Shown here piece after piece: positions 46,596-55,653 of a DNA stretch of 64,000 nt. Every line of letters starts with the position of its first letter. Positions within the stretch are counted from its first letter, which is position 1. Both the position numbers and the translations under genes were made by a program. This DNA is from Myxococcaceae bacterium (GTDB taxonomy: Bacteria > Myxococcota_A > Polyangia > Polyangiales > Ga0077539): assembly GCA_004297725.1 (NCBI GenBank), contig SCUS01000031.1, forward strand, positions 9,550-73,549. The letters are read 5' to 3'. The notes beneath the pieces were generated by a model. It worked only from the letters and a program-made list of their open reading frames with translations. It was not told where the DNA came from and did not search any database.

Positions 46596-47591
46596 TCACT
46601 CTCGGCCGGCGGCCTGCACCCGAGCGAGCCACCGGGGGTCGGGCAGCGTCGCCGAGACGCGCGAGCGGACGCGGGCGAACACCTCGATCCACTGCTGGCG
46701 CTGCGGCTCGGTGAGCACCACGGCGCGCACGCCGCGCGACTCGAGCGCCCGCACGGCGTCGCCGTCGGCGCGGACGAACGCCGGCCGGAAGACGGTCGTC
46801 GCCTGCGCGATGACGTCCGTGATCGTCGCGCGCTGCGCGGGGGTGAGCGACTGCGCGGCCGCGCGGGAGAGCACCAGGGACGCCAGCGACCCGCTCGTGG
46901 GGCGCTCGCTCATGTAGCGCACGTGCGCCGACCACTGGAGCGCGATCGCGGCCGCGGGGGGCGCGAACACCGTGTCGATGCGCCGGGTCTGCAGCGCGCC
47001 GAGCACCTCCGGGAGCGCGAGGGGCACCCCCGTGGCGCCGGTCTCGGCGTAGAGCGCGGGGAGGATGGAGTCGTCGGTCCACCGCCATGGGCGGGCGGCG
47101 CGGAGGTCGCCGGGGGTGCGGATCTCGCGCGTCGAGAACATGCGCGGACCGGTCGCGGGCGAGAGGTTGAGGATGGTGAAGCCCGCGCGCTCGAAGCCCG
47201 CCTCGAGCTCGGGGCGCAGCGCCGTGAAGGCCCGCAGGAACCCATCCGGCGAGCGAAACACCGCGGGAAGCTGGAACGCGAGCACCGGGCGGTAGATCTG
47301 CGCGAGCCCGGTGGCGGAGAGGGCGCCGCCGTCGAGGCGCCCCGAGCGGATCTTGCGCACCACCTCGGACTCGTCGCCCTGCACCCCGCCGACGTACCAG
47401 CGAAAGGAGAGCTGCGCGCCCGTGCGCCGCCGGAGCTCGCGGTTCATCGCGTCGAGGGCCCGCATCGGGAGCGATCCGTGCGGAGCGAGCGTGGCCATCG
47501 AGAGCACGCGCTGCGCGAGGGCCGTGGTCGGCAGGAGCGCGAGCCCGGTGACGACGACACCCGCGAGGACGCTTCGGCGTGAGGGCCTCAT
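46596..47591 (-). CDS. TRAP-type (DctP-like) periplasmic solute-binding protein
   Basis: Tat/Sec-like signal MRPSRRSVLAGVVVTGLALL. WYVGGVQGDESEVVRKIRSGRLDGGALSATGL resembles DctP family motifs. The start ATG overlaps the upstream stop (ATGA). Confidence 0.65.
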   Translation of the reverse strand: MRPSRRSVLAGVVVTGLALLPTTALAQRVLSMATLAPHGSLPMRALDAMNRELRRRTGAQLSFRWYVGGVQGDESEVVRKIRSGRLDGGALSATGLAQIYRPVLAFQLPAVFRSPDGFLRAFTALRPELEAGFERAGFTILNLSPATGPRMFSTREIRTPGDLRAARPWRWTDDSILPALYAETGATGVPLALPEVLGALQTRRIDTVFAPPAAAIALQWSAHVRYMSERPTSGSLASLVLSRAAAQSLTPAQRATITDVIAQATTVFRPAFVRADGDAVRALESRGVRAVVLTEPQRQQWIEVFARVRSRVSATLPDPRWLARVQAAGRE

Positions 47592-49093
47592 GCCCGGGGC
47601 CCTTCGCCCGCCACGCGCGCGGCGGCGATCGCGGCGAGGGCCATGATGGAGACCTGCGGGTTTACTCCGAGGTTGCTCGGAAAGACGCTGGAGTCTGCGA
47701 TGTAGAGCCGGGCGATGCGGTGGTGCGCGAAGTCGGTGCCGACGACGCTGGCCTCGGCGTCGCTGCCCATGCGGCACGTCCCGAACATGTGCGTGATGGC
47801 CGCGGTGAACGCCGCCGCGCTGGTCGGCCCGCCGCGCTCGATGGGGGCCAGCTCGAGGGGGGACCGGAGGTCATGGGAGAAGCCCCGCACGCCCGCGTCG
47901 ACGGTCTCCGCCCCCGCGGCGAAGAACATGTCCCCCATCACGCGCACGCCCCGGCGGAAGCGCGCGATGTCCCTCGGCGTCGGGGAGTAGAACACCACGG
48001 TCCGGCCGCCCAGCACCCGCACCCGCCCCTCGGCCTCGGCCCGCACCGCCACGCCCCAGTCCAGCCAGTGGGCCATCTCGGCCACACGATCGGCGAAGGC
48101 GCGGCCGGTCCCCGGCAGCCGGGAGGCCAGCAGCCCGAGGCCGAATCCCAGCGTCTCGAACTTCAGCCCCTCGTGCCGCAGGCCGGTCACCTCGTGGCCC
48201 TGCGTCGCGCCCTCCCACATCCGCACCGGCTCGCGAAAGCGCCCCGCCGCGGAGACGCCCGGGTGACACTGGAAGTGCTCGCCCACGGGTCCGCCGCGCA
48301 GGCCGTTGCTCAACAGCAGCGCGGGGGTCTGCACGGCGCTCGCCGCCAGCACCACGGCGCGGTCGGCCCGCACGGTGACCCTCCCGCCGCCCGCCGCCTT
48401 CCCCCGGAGGCCGACCGCGCGGCCGCGCTCGACGAGCACCTCGGCGACCTCCATCGACGAGATCAGCAGCGCGCCGCGCTCGATGGCGGGCTGGAGGAGC
48501 GCGCGGTCGACGGAGTTCTTGCGGCCCTTCGGGCACCCCTGCATGCAGCGGCCGAGGCCCTCGCAGCCCGTGACGTTGCGCCGGATGGGACGGTGTCTCA
48601 GCCCGAGCGCGTCGGCTCCGAGGGCCATGAGCTCGGCCTTCCGACCCCGCACCTCGGCGGCGGTGTCGCGCACGTCGAGCAGCGCCTCGATGGCGTCGGT
48701 GTGCGCCTCGATGGCCTCCCAGGGCAGGCCCTCGGCGAGGCGTCGGTCGCGCGCCACCCACTCGTCGTAGACGTCGCGCGGCATGCGCCAGCAGATGGCT
48801 CCGTTGATGGGCGACGCGCCGCCGACCAGCTTCGCCTGCACATAGGGGATCGGCGCCGATCCGACGGTGACGCTCGCGCCCATGTCGCGGTAGTCGCGGC
48901 CCATGCTCTCGAAGGTGTCGAGGGGGAAGTCCCCGGGCTCGCGCCAGGGGCCCGCCTCGATCACCGCGACGCGGAGCCCGCGGCGCGTCAGGTCGTGCGC
49001 GACGGTAGAGCCCGCCGGGCCGCTGCCGACGATCGCCACGTCCACCCGGCAGTCGTGCTCGCGGGTGATGTCCTCGCCGCGCAGGTGCGTCAC
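47588..49093 (-). CDS. GMC family FAD-dependent oxidoreductase
   Basis: VDVAIVGSGPAGSTVA (GxGxxG). The C-terminal FGTCRMGSD...LYIADSSVFPSNLGVNPQVSIMALA is the GMC_oxred_C signature. The GTG start overlaps the upstream stop (GTGA). Confidence 0.85.
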   Translation of the reverse strand: MTHLRGEDITREHDCRVDVAIVGSGPAGSTVAHDLTRRGLRVAVIEAGPWREPGDFPLDTFESMGRDYRDMGASVTVGSAPIPYVQAKLVGGASPINGAICWRMPRDVYDEWVARDRRLAEGLPWEAIEAHTDAIEALLDVRDTAAEVRGRKAELMALGADALGLRHRPIRRNVTGCEGLGRCMQGCPKGRKNSVDRALLQPAIERGALLISSMEVAEVLVERGRAVGLRGKAAGGGRVTVRADRAVVLAASAVQTPALLLSNGLRGGPVGEHFQCHPGVSAAGRFREPVRMWEGATQGHEVTGLRHEGLKFETLGFGLGLLASRLPGTGRAFADRVAEMAHWLDWGVAVRAEAEGRVRVLGGRTVVFYSPTPRDIARFRRGVRVMGDMFFAAGAETVDAGVRGFSHDLRSPLELAPIERGGPTSAAAFTAAITHMFGTCRMGSDAEASVVGTDFAHHRIARLYIADSSVFPSNLGVNPQVSIMALAAIAAARVAGEGPRA

Positions 49094-49446
49094 GCGGGCG
49101 CCCCTCGGAAGACCGCCTGCGCCCGGGCGTCGTCGAAGTAGGCGAGGCACGCGACCAGCTTCAGGATGTCCACCAGCGGCCCGAGGAGCGCATGCTTCGA
49201 GGCGTCCTCGACGAGGCGCTCGCAGCCCGCGGCGTCGAGCCGGAGCACCCGGGCGCCGCGCAGCGACGCGTACACCACGCCGATCAGGAGGTCGGCCGCG
49301 CGGAGCCCCGCTCGCAGGTGCCACGGGGCGTACACCTCGAAGCGCGCCCAGAACGACGGCCAGGCGATGGACTCCATCGACGGCGCCGCCGCGGAGGGCT
49401 GCGGGAGCGTGGCGGCGAGCAGGCGTTCGAGCCGCGCGGGATCCAC
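49090..49446 (-). CDS. small hypothetical protein translationally coupled to the GMC oxidoreductase
   Basis: 118-aa ORF with balanced composition. Its stop overlaps the GMC start. No motif recognised. Confidence 0.5.
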   Translation of the reverse strand: MDPARLERLLAATLPQPSAAAPSMESIAWPSFWARFEVYAPWHLRAGLRAADLLIGVVYASLRGARVLRLDAAGCERLVEDASKHALLGPLVDILKLVACLAYFDDARAQAVFRGAPA

Positions 49447-49618
49447 GGCGGCGACGCTACCCTCGACGCCCGCCGCCGTCGATCGGTTGTTGGCCGCGGC
49501 GGCCGATCGTCGGGCGGCTCATCGCCGTCGCTCCCTTGTGACCCTATGCGCCCCCGGCGGTTCTTCGGCCCCAGAGGACCGGAGCCCCCGAGGGCTGAGC
49601 GTCGAGCCCCCGGCACCA

Positions 49619-49750
49619 CAGCAGCCCCGCCTGGTCGGCGTGGGCGCTGAAGCCGTTGAGCACCGCCACCTCCGCCTCGCGACGGTACGCCAGCCCGAAG
49701 ATGCGCTCCTCGTCGCGCGGCTCCACCAGCCTCCGCCCCGGCGTGCTCGG
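49619..49750 (-). pseudogene. internal fragment of a beta-CASP MBL gene (paralogous to 56524-56660)
   Basis: About 93-95% nucleotide identity, aligned by eye, to the intact gene. It encodes ...RIFGLAYRREAEVAVLNGFSAHADQAGLL. Homology starts abruptly at 49619. Confidence 0.85.
49620..49653. repeat. 34-bp direct repeat core, copy 1 (agcagccccgcctggtcggcgtgggcgctgaagc)
   Basis: Identical 34-mer at 51763-51796 and at 56525-56558 inside the intact MBL gene. Confidence 0.9.
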
Positions 49751-49854
49751 CTTCGTCTGTGGATCTCTACGAGCGGGTGCTCCGGGGGCGAGGACCACGC
49801 CACTCGTCGATGATGCGCTTGCGCGTATGCGGAGTTTTCGAGAGAGACCATGGG

Positions 49855-50883
49855 ATGCCCCACGTGGAGATGTCCGCAATGATCGGCGCGATGATCGTCC
49901 ATGCCGCCGCGGCGCGGGGGGCGTCCCCCGCGGCGCTGCGGGAGGCGACGGGCTTCGACCCCGCGCGCGGTCTCGACCCCGACGCGCGCATCTCGCTCGC
50001 GGAGGAGACGTCGATCTGGGAGGAGGCCGCGCGGCAGACCGGAGACGACGCCTTCGGCCTGCACGCCGCGGAGATGCTGCGCCCCGGCGCGTTCGACGTG
50101 CTGGACTACGCCGTCCGCACGGCGCCCACGCTGCGCGCTTCGGTGGAGCGCCTCGCGCGCTACAACCGGCTCGTGCACGACGTCGCGGTGTTCTCGATCC
50201 GTGATCGCAGCGACGTGATGCGCATCGAACACGGGTTTCGGGTGACGGGTCCGTCGCAGTGTCGCCACTCCGCGGAGTTCACCATCGCGTCGCTCGTGGT
50301 GATCGGGACGCAGCTCCTGGGGGAGCCCCTGCGCCCGCGCGCGGTGGAGTTTCGTCACCGCCCCTCGGCGTCTGCGGAGACGGCGGCGGAGCACCGGCGG
50401 GTCTTCGGCGTCGCGCCGCGCTTCTCGATGCCCTCCAACGCGCTGGAGATCGATCGCGCGCTCTCGCAGCGGCCCCTCGTGGTGGACGCGGCGCTCTCGC
50501 GGCTGATCGAGCGCCACGCGGAGTCACTCCTCGCCGCGCTTCCGCCGCCGACGGCGTCGACCGCGGACCGCGTGCGGCGCGCGCTCACGTCGGCGCTCGA
50601 GGAGGGGAACGTGAGCCTCACGCGCGTCGCGGCGCAGCTCCGGATGAGCGAGCGGAGCCTCCAGCGCAGGCTCACGGACGAGGGCGAGAGCTTCGAAGCG
50701 ATCGTCGACGCGCTCCGCCGCGACCTCGCGCTGCGCTACCTCGCGGACCCCAAGATCGCCGTCGCGGAGGTCGCGTACCTGCTGGGGTACTCCGAGCCGA
50801 GCCCCTTCCACCGAGCGTTCAAGCGATGGACCGGGCGCACGCCCGCCGAGGCGAGGCGAGGCGCCAGCGTAGCCCTCACATGA
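49855..50883 (+). CDS. AraC family transcriptional regulator (AraC-binding-like N-domain + HTH)
   Basis: C-terminal VAAQLRMSERSLQRRL...VAYLLGYSEPSPFHRAFKRWTGRTPAEAR. The N-terminal FGLHAAEMLRPGAFDVLDYAV is typical of this subfamily. The start is 49855 or 49870. Confidence 0.85.
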   Translation: MPHVEMSAMIGAMIVHAAAARGASPAALREATGFDPARGLDPDARISLAEETSIWEEAARQTGDDAFGLHAAEMLRPGAFDVLDYAVRTAPTLRASVERLARYNRLVHDVAVFSIRDRSDVMRIEHGFRVTGPSQCRHSAEFTIASLVVIGTQLLGEPLRPRAVEFRHRPSASAETAAEHRRVFGVAPRFSMPSNALEIDRALSQRPLVVDAALSRLIERHAESLLAALPPPTASTADRVRRALTSALEEGNVSLTRVAAQLRMSERSLQRRLTDEGESFEAIVDALRRDLALRYLADPKIAVAEVAYLLGYSEPSPFHRAFKRWTGRTPAEARRGASVALT

Positions 50884-51481
50884 AGCGGTATCCGATGTGC
50901 ACCGCCGGGAACACCGTCACCGGGTTGTTGGCATAGGTGCGGTTCGCGAGGGTCACGTCCTCGGCGTTGAACGAGTAGCTCACGCCGATCCATGGGGTGA
51001 CGTAGAGGCCCGCGATGATGGGAAAGCGCCAGCCGATGTGGGCGCCGACGCTGACCTGGAGGCCGCTGCGGGCGAGGTCCGTCTCGCGGCGCTGCACGAG
51101 CGGCATCGCGAGGCCGGTGTCGATCCCGACGAAGAGTCCGCGCTGCTCCGCGAGGGGGAAGAGCTGCGCCTTGACCCCGAAGCCGTGAAACGAGACGTCG
51201 AAATCGGGGTTGCCGTGCATGAACTCCGGCATCGCCATCGCGTAGGCGCCGAGGTCCACGCGCAGCCGACGCCAGCCGATGCCGACGTGCAGCGAGTACC
51301 CGCGGAGCACGTACGCGGTCGGGTCGATCTCGACATCGAGGTGCAGCCGCGAGGGCCGCGCAGCGGGCGTCACGGCGGCGGCGGCGGGGGGGCGGTCCTG
51401 GGCCAGCGCGGGGGCGGCGGCGACGACGAGGGCGAGGGCGGCGGTGACGGTGACGACGAGGGCGCGGGGTGTGTGGGTCAT
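50876..51481 (-). CDS. small outer-membrane beta-barrel protein
   Basis: Signal peptide ALALVVAAAPALA|QD. Eight or so amphipathic strands. C-terminus ...VHIGYRFM. The gene overlaps the AraC 3' end by 8 nt (convergent). Confidence 0.6.
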   Translation of the reverse strand: MTHTPRALVVTVTAALALVVAAAPALAQDRPPAAAAVTPAARPSRLHLDVEIDPTAYVLRGYSLHVGIGWRRLRVDLGAYAMAMPEFMHGNPDFDVSFHGFGVKAQLFPLAEQRGLFVGIDTGLAMPLVQRRETDLARSGLQVSVGAHIGWRFPIIAGLYVTPWIGVSYSFNAEDVTLANRTYANNPVTVFPAVHIGYRFM

Positions 51482-51596
51482 GGTGTCCTCCTGACGGGGA
51501 CGAATCTGCGCCAGCTCCCTTCAACGCACCGTGACCGCGCGCGCCGGAACGGATGACCGAAGGCGCCATCCCGGGGGCGGATCTCCGTCGCTTCCC

Positions 51597-51796
51597 CCCT
51601 CTTCGCTACAGCCGGATGCGCTGCCCCGCCGAGGGCGCGTCCACCGTCGGGAAGCCCCGCGCGTCGAGCTCCTTCATCAGCACCGCCTGGGCCCCGGGCT
51701 CGCCGTGCACCAGGATCACCCGTCGCAGCTTTCCTCGCCTCCGCACGCTCTCGGCGTAGTCGAGCAGCCCCGCCTGGTCGGCGTGGGCGCTGAAGC
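51597..51796 (-). pseudogene. 3'-terminal fragment of a beta-CASP MBL gene (paralogous to 56359-56558)
   Basis: About 97% identity over 200 bp, aligned by eye, including the stop codon and 9 nt downstream. It encodes FSAHADQAGLLDYAESVRRRGKLRRVILVHGEPGAQAVLMKELDARGFPTVDAPSAGQRIRL*. Homology ends abruptly at 51796. Confidence 0.9.
51763..51796. repeat. 34-bp direct repeat core, copy 2
   Basis: Identical to 49620-49653 and 56525-56558. Confidence 0.9.
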
Positions 51797-51909
51797 GACG
51801 CGAAGAGGCGGTAGTCGGCGAACCCGGCCACACGCGCACCGATCGGCGCCGTCAGCACGCGGAGGCGGCTGTTGACGTGGCCCACACCCGTGACGGTAGC
51901 GTCCGCCCG

Positions 51910-53298
51910 ATGGACACTCTCGAAGCGCTGCGTCGGTCCGGACTCCCCGGGTGCGTGCTGGCCGTCTGCCTCGCGCTCCCCGCCTGCTCCAATACACCAG
52001 CAGGTAATATTCCAGCCCCTGTCGACGCGGGCGCCACGACCGACGTGCCGTCGACGACCGACGTCGGTCCCGCGGTCGATCGCCAGTCGGCCACCTGCGT
52101 CGCTGGCCGCACCAAGGCATGCCCCTGCGCCGACGGGCGCACCGGCGCGCAGACCTGCGGTCCCGACGGCACCTTCGGCGCGTGCGCTTGCTTCGCCCTC
52201 GACGCGGGCAACGCCCCGGACGTCTCCACCGCCGTCGACGCCCCGGCGGCCGACCTCCCGCCGATGGAGGACCTCTCCCCGGCGAGCGCGCCCGACGCCG
52301 CCGCGCAGACCTACGACTACGTCGTCAACCGGCTGATCCTCGACGAAGGCGCTGAACCCGGCGTGACGACCCGCGCGTTCTACGGCTTCAACCTCGACGG
52401 CCGCTTCTCCCCGAGCCGCACTTCGAGCCAGGAGCCAGCCGACTGCTCGCACGGCGACTACTTCTCCGCCGTCGACCCCGACCAGAACATGGGTACGTGC
52501 ACCGTGGGCATGGCGGGCGGCGGTGTCGGGTGCCAGGGCGGCGTCGACAACCAGTTCCCCAACTTCGCGCAGACGATCATGCAGTTCCAGGCGTCGCTCA
52601 ACGTCCAGGCGTCGCTCAACGCGGACCTCAGCGCCGGCCGCGGGCTGATGCTCATCCGACTGAGCGGTGTGAACGGCGCGCTCGGCCCGACCCTCAACGA
52701 CCCCGCCGTCACGGTGCAGGTCTACCCCTACGTGTGGCCCGCGTTCACGGACTGCGCCCGCGTCGCCCGGCGCGACCAGATCTACGCCGTCGACGACCGC
52801 TCCCTCGCCGTCCCCAACGACCTCGACTCAGCGCGGGTGCGGTTCGCGGGACGCATCGTCAACGGCCGCCTCCGCGTGCTGTCAGCGCCGATCGCCGCCA
52901 CCGCGCCCGACTTCGTCCTCCCCCTTTCTCTCCAGGGCGCCGCGCTCAACCTGAGCCTCTACCAGAGCCGCTTCCATTTCACACCGGGCGAGACCGACGC
53001 CACCGCGGGCAACCTCGGCGGCTACATGCGCCAGACCGAGTTCATCGACGCGCTCACGGCCCACCCGGCCCTGTCGCAGTTCCGCGACGCGGCGGGCCCG
53101 CTCATCCAGGGCTTCGTCGACGTCGCGACCGGCACGCCGACGGCCTCGTGCGTCGCCCCGCAGGGAGGCATCGGCGTGGGCCTCGGGTTCAGCGCCACGC
53201 GCGCCGTGATCCTCTCCACCACGGTCCCATCGGTGCCGGTCGGGGTCTGCGGCGCGACGGCGCCCGACGCCGGCGCCGCGAGGCTCGACGGCGCCTGA
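51910..53298 (+). CDS. lipoprotein with an N-terminal six-Cys module
   Basis: MDTLEALRRSGLPGCVLAVCLALPAC|SN lipobox. CVAGRTKACPCADGRTGAQTCGPDGTFGACAC module. The large C-terminal domain is unrecognised. Confidence 0.7.
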   Translation: MDTLEALRRSGLPGCVLAVCLALPACSNTPAGNIPAPVDAGATTDVPSTTDVGPAVDRQSATCVAGRTKACPCADGRTGAQTCGPDGTFGACACFALDAGNAPDVSTAVDAPAADLPPMEDLSPASAPDAAAQTYDYVVNRLILDEGAEPGVTTRAFYGFNLDGRFSPSRTSSQEPADCSHGDYFSAVDPDQNMGTCTVGMAGGGVGCQGGVDNQFPNFAQTIMQFQASLNVQASLNADLSAGRGLMLIRLSGVNGALGPTLNDPAVTVQVYPYVWPAFTDCARVARRDQIYAVDDRSLAVPNDLDSARVRFAGRIVNGRLRVLSAPIAATAPDFVLPLSLQGAALNLSLYQSRFHFTPGETDATAGNLGGYMRQTEFIDALTAHPALSQFRDAAGPLIQGFVDVATGTPTASCVAPQGGIGVGLGFSATRAVILSTTVPSVPVGVCGATAPDAGAARLDGA

Positions 53299-53504
53299 GC
53301 CGCACTCCCGCCATCGCGGCCATCGTCATCACCGATCGAGCGCTCGTCATCGGCGTGTCGAGCGCTCGTCATCACGGGCAGCGTCGTCGCGCAGATCTGT
53401 GAACTCGACGCGGGGGTGACGAGGTTCACGATGGTCTCGGGCCGGCTGTCACGATGTATGGGCCGAGAGGCACGGCGAGGCGCGCGAGCGATCCGTAGCA
53501 GGGG

Positions 53505-53942
53505 TCAGTATGGAGGGTTGGTGAGAGCGGCGAGCGCGGCGTCGATGTCGGCGCACGCTGCGAGGTCGACGGCTCCGCGGCCGTGCACGACCACGTTGCG
53601 GCGATCGATGAGGCGCGAGAGCACGGGCGCTAGCGACGCAGCCCCGGCCGGGTCGACGGCCTTCCAGGCATAGAGGATCTGGCCCGCGCTGGCTCGATCG
53701 AGCGCCCACTCGTCGCGCGTGACCGCGCGGAAGAGTTCGTCTGGCGATCGTCCGCAGCGCGTGCACGCCGCGGCGAGGTTCGCGCGGAGCAGCCGCTCGA
53801 CCTGAACGCCGATCTGCGTCCATCCCCCGATCGCCTCGGTGGCCGGGGTCCCCGGAGAGCGCGCCCGCTCCCGCTCGAGCCGAAGGACGAGCGCGCGGCG
53901 GTTGAGCTCGGGGTCGTTCGCGAACGGGTCCACGATCGCGAC
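53505..53942 (-). CDS. small alpha-helical protein with a HEPN-like R-N-x3-H motif
   Basis: This is the only protein-like frame here; the other two are Arg/Ser junk. The C-terminal SRLIDRRNVVVHGRGAVDLAACADIDAALAAL resembles the HEPN/DUF86 motif RN..vH.y..vD. The start is 53942 (GTG) or 53990 (ATG); the latter overlaps the kinase 5' end. Confidence 0.5.
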   Translation of the reverse strand, partial: VAIVDPFANDPELNRRALVLRLERERARSPGTPATEAIGGWTQIGVQVERLLRANLAAACTRCGRSPDELFRAVTRDEWALDRASAGQILYAWKAVDPAGAASLAPVLSRLIDRRNVVVHGRGAVDLAACADIDAALAALTNPPY

Positions 53943-53960
53943 GGTACCATCGCACCGCGC

Positions 53961-55556
53961 TTGATCTCGACGGGGCTTCGCCGCCACCATCACGCAGTGG
54001 CGCGCGACACGCTTGCACCGGGTGAGGTTGTCGCCGAGCGCTACGCTGTCGAGGCGCTCCTGGCCCGGGGCGGCATGGCTACGGTGTACCGCGTGCGCCA
54101 CGTCGCGACCGGGGCGACCGGGGCGCTGAAGCTGCTGCTCGCCGACGCCCTGGTCGAGCCCGCCCTGCGGAAGAAGTTCGTGCAGGAGGCCCAGGTCGGG
54201 GCTCGCATCGAAAGCGAGCACGTCGTGCGGGTCACCGACGCCGGCGTCGAGGCCGACGGCACCCCGTGGCTCGTCATGGAACTCCTCGATGGCGAAACCC
54301 TGGACGCCTACCTCGCACGGTGCGGACCGCTCGACCGCTCCGAGGCGCTCACGCTCCTGCGTCAGGTCGCTCACGGGCTCGGCGCCGCGCACCGCGCGTT
54401 CGTGGTGCACCGCGACCTCAAGCCCGCCAACGTGTTCATCGCCCGCGCGCGCCGCGCCGACGTCCGCGCGACGGTAAAGCTCCTCGACTTCGGCATCGCC
54501 AGCGTGCTCAGCGCCGCACGCACCGGCGCCGGACCCACCCTCGTCGGCGGCACCCCCGGGTGGATGGCCCCCGAGCAGGCCGTTCCCGGCATGGCCGTCT
54601 CCCCCGCGTCGGACGTGTGGGCCTTCGGGCTGCTCGCCTTCGAGATGCTCGTCGGGCGCAGCTACTTCGACGAGCATACGCTGGTCGGCACGACGCTCCC
54701 GACGGCCAGCGCGCGCGCAACCGCGCTGGGCCGCAGCGGTCGTCTCCCCCGGGACGTCGACGCCTGGTTCGCTCGCTGCGTCGCGATCGACCCGTCGCGG
54801 CGCTTCGCTGACGTAGAGTCGGCGTTCGCCGCGCTCGAACCGGCGCTCGGCGCCCCCGTGAGGCAAACGTCCCCTAAGCGTTCCCGGCGGATCTTCGCCG
54901 TCGCCGCGGTCGCCGTCGCCGCGGTCGCGGGTTTGCTCGCGTTCGCGTCGTCGTCCCCCGCGGTTCGCCCGCCCGAGGCGCCGACTCCCGCCGTGCTGCC
55001 AGCCCCGTCCGTGCCGCCGTCCCCATCGCCGTGGTTTCCCCAACGCCCGACCAGCGTGAGCCCCGCGCCCCTCACCTCGCACCCTGTACTCTCGACGTGG
55101 CTTGCCACCTGGGCCGAGCGGGTGCGCCGCGCCGACGACCTCCGCGACGACGATTGGGCCGCGCTCTACACGGACCCGGTCGACCACGGCGGCAGGATGC
55201 CCCGCGAGCGCCTCTCCTGGCATTGGCGGCAGCGGGTCATGCTCGGTCGCACGCAGGGTGCGTTCGAGTACTACGCGTTCGAGTCGAAGTGGTGGGTCGA
55301 CACCGATGCCACGTCACCCGGCGCCTGTCGGATCGCTGCCGACGGCCCCGAGCTGCTCGTGCTGCGTCTGGCGGCGCACAACGGAGGAGACGAAGACGCA
55401 GTCCGCGTCGGGTGCTCACCGATGGAGGGGACGTACGAGATTCGGGCGCGCGTCGTCGGCGGAGCACTCCGCATCTGCGCCGAGGCGTGGTCGGACTGCG
55501 CCGCGGTGTGCGCGCGCTGCCCGCAGGCGAACCGCTGGCGCTGCTGCCCGCGCTGA
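53961..55556 (+). CDS. Hanks-type Ser/Thr protein kinase with a TM segment and Cys-rich C-terminal domain
   Basis: RGGMATVYRV...ALKLL, HRDLKPANVFI, DFGIASV, APEQ. TM segment IFAVAAVAVAAVAGLLAF. C-terminal unknown domain with 8 Cys. Confidence 0.88.
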   Translation: MISTGLRRHHHAVARDTLAPGEVVAERYAVEALLARGGMATVYRVRHVATGATGALKLLLADALVEPALRKKFVQEAQVGARIESEHVVRVTDAGVEADGTPWLVMELLDGETLDAYLARCGPLDRSEALTLLRQVAHGLGAAHRAFVVHRDLKPANVFIARARRADVRATVKLLDFGIASVLSAARTGAGPTLVGGTPGWMAPEQAVPGMAVSPASDVWAFGLLAFEMLVGRSYFDEHTLVGTTLPTASARATALGRSGRLPRDVDAWFARCVAIDPSRRFADVESAFAALEPALGAPVRQTSPKRSRRIFAVAAVAVAAVAGLLAFASSSPAVRPPEAPTPAVLPAPSVPPSPSPWFPQRPTSVSPAPLTSHPVLSTWLATWAERVRRADDLRDDDWAALYTDPVDHGGRMPRERLSWHWRQRVMLGRTQGAFEYYAFESKWWVDTDATSPGACRIAADGPELLVLRLAAHNGGDEDAVRVGCSPMEGTYEIRARVVGGALRICAEAWSDCAAVCARCPQANRWRCCPR

Positions 55557-55653
55557 GCGACCGCCACCTGTCCGGCCCTCGGGTGGTCGCCAAAAGCGCT
55601 GGAGGTGTCAGACGACGGCGGAGAGCGGCGTCGATGCCAGCGAGGTGCCCGCC

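Noticed and set aside
46342-46917. 191-aa ORF with the best-spaced Shine-Dalgarno sequence (GGGGAGG, 6 nt) in the 46.3-kb gap
   Set aside because: The product is Arg/Pro/Ser-rich junk. Third-position GC is only about 60% by eye. It runs antisense through the TRAP-binding-protein gene. The alternative frame (46338/46383..46586) looks more coding-like.
53399-53429. Imperfect inverted repeat GTGAACTCG…CGAGGTTCAC between convergent genes, a possible bidirectional terminator
   Set aside because: It has only a 9-bp stem with a bulge and a 12-nt loop, and no U/A tracts. That is too weak to call.
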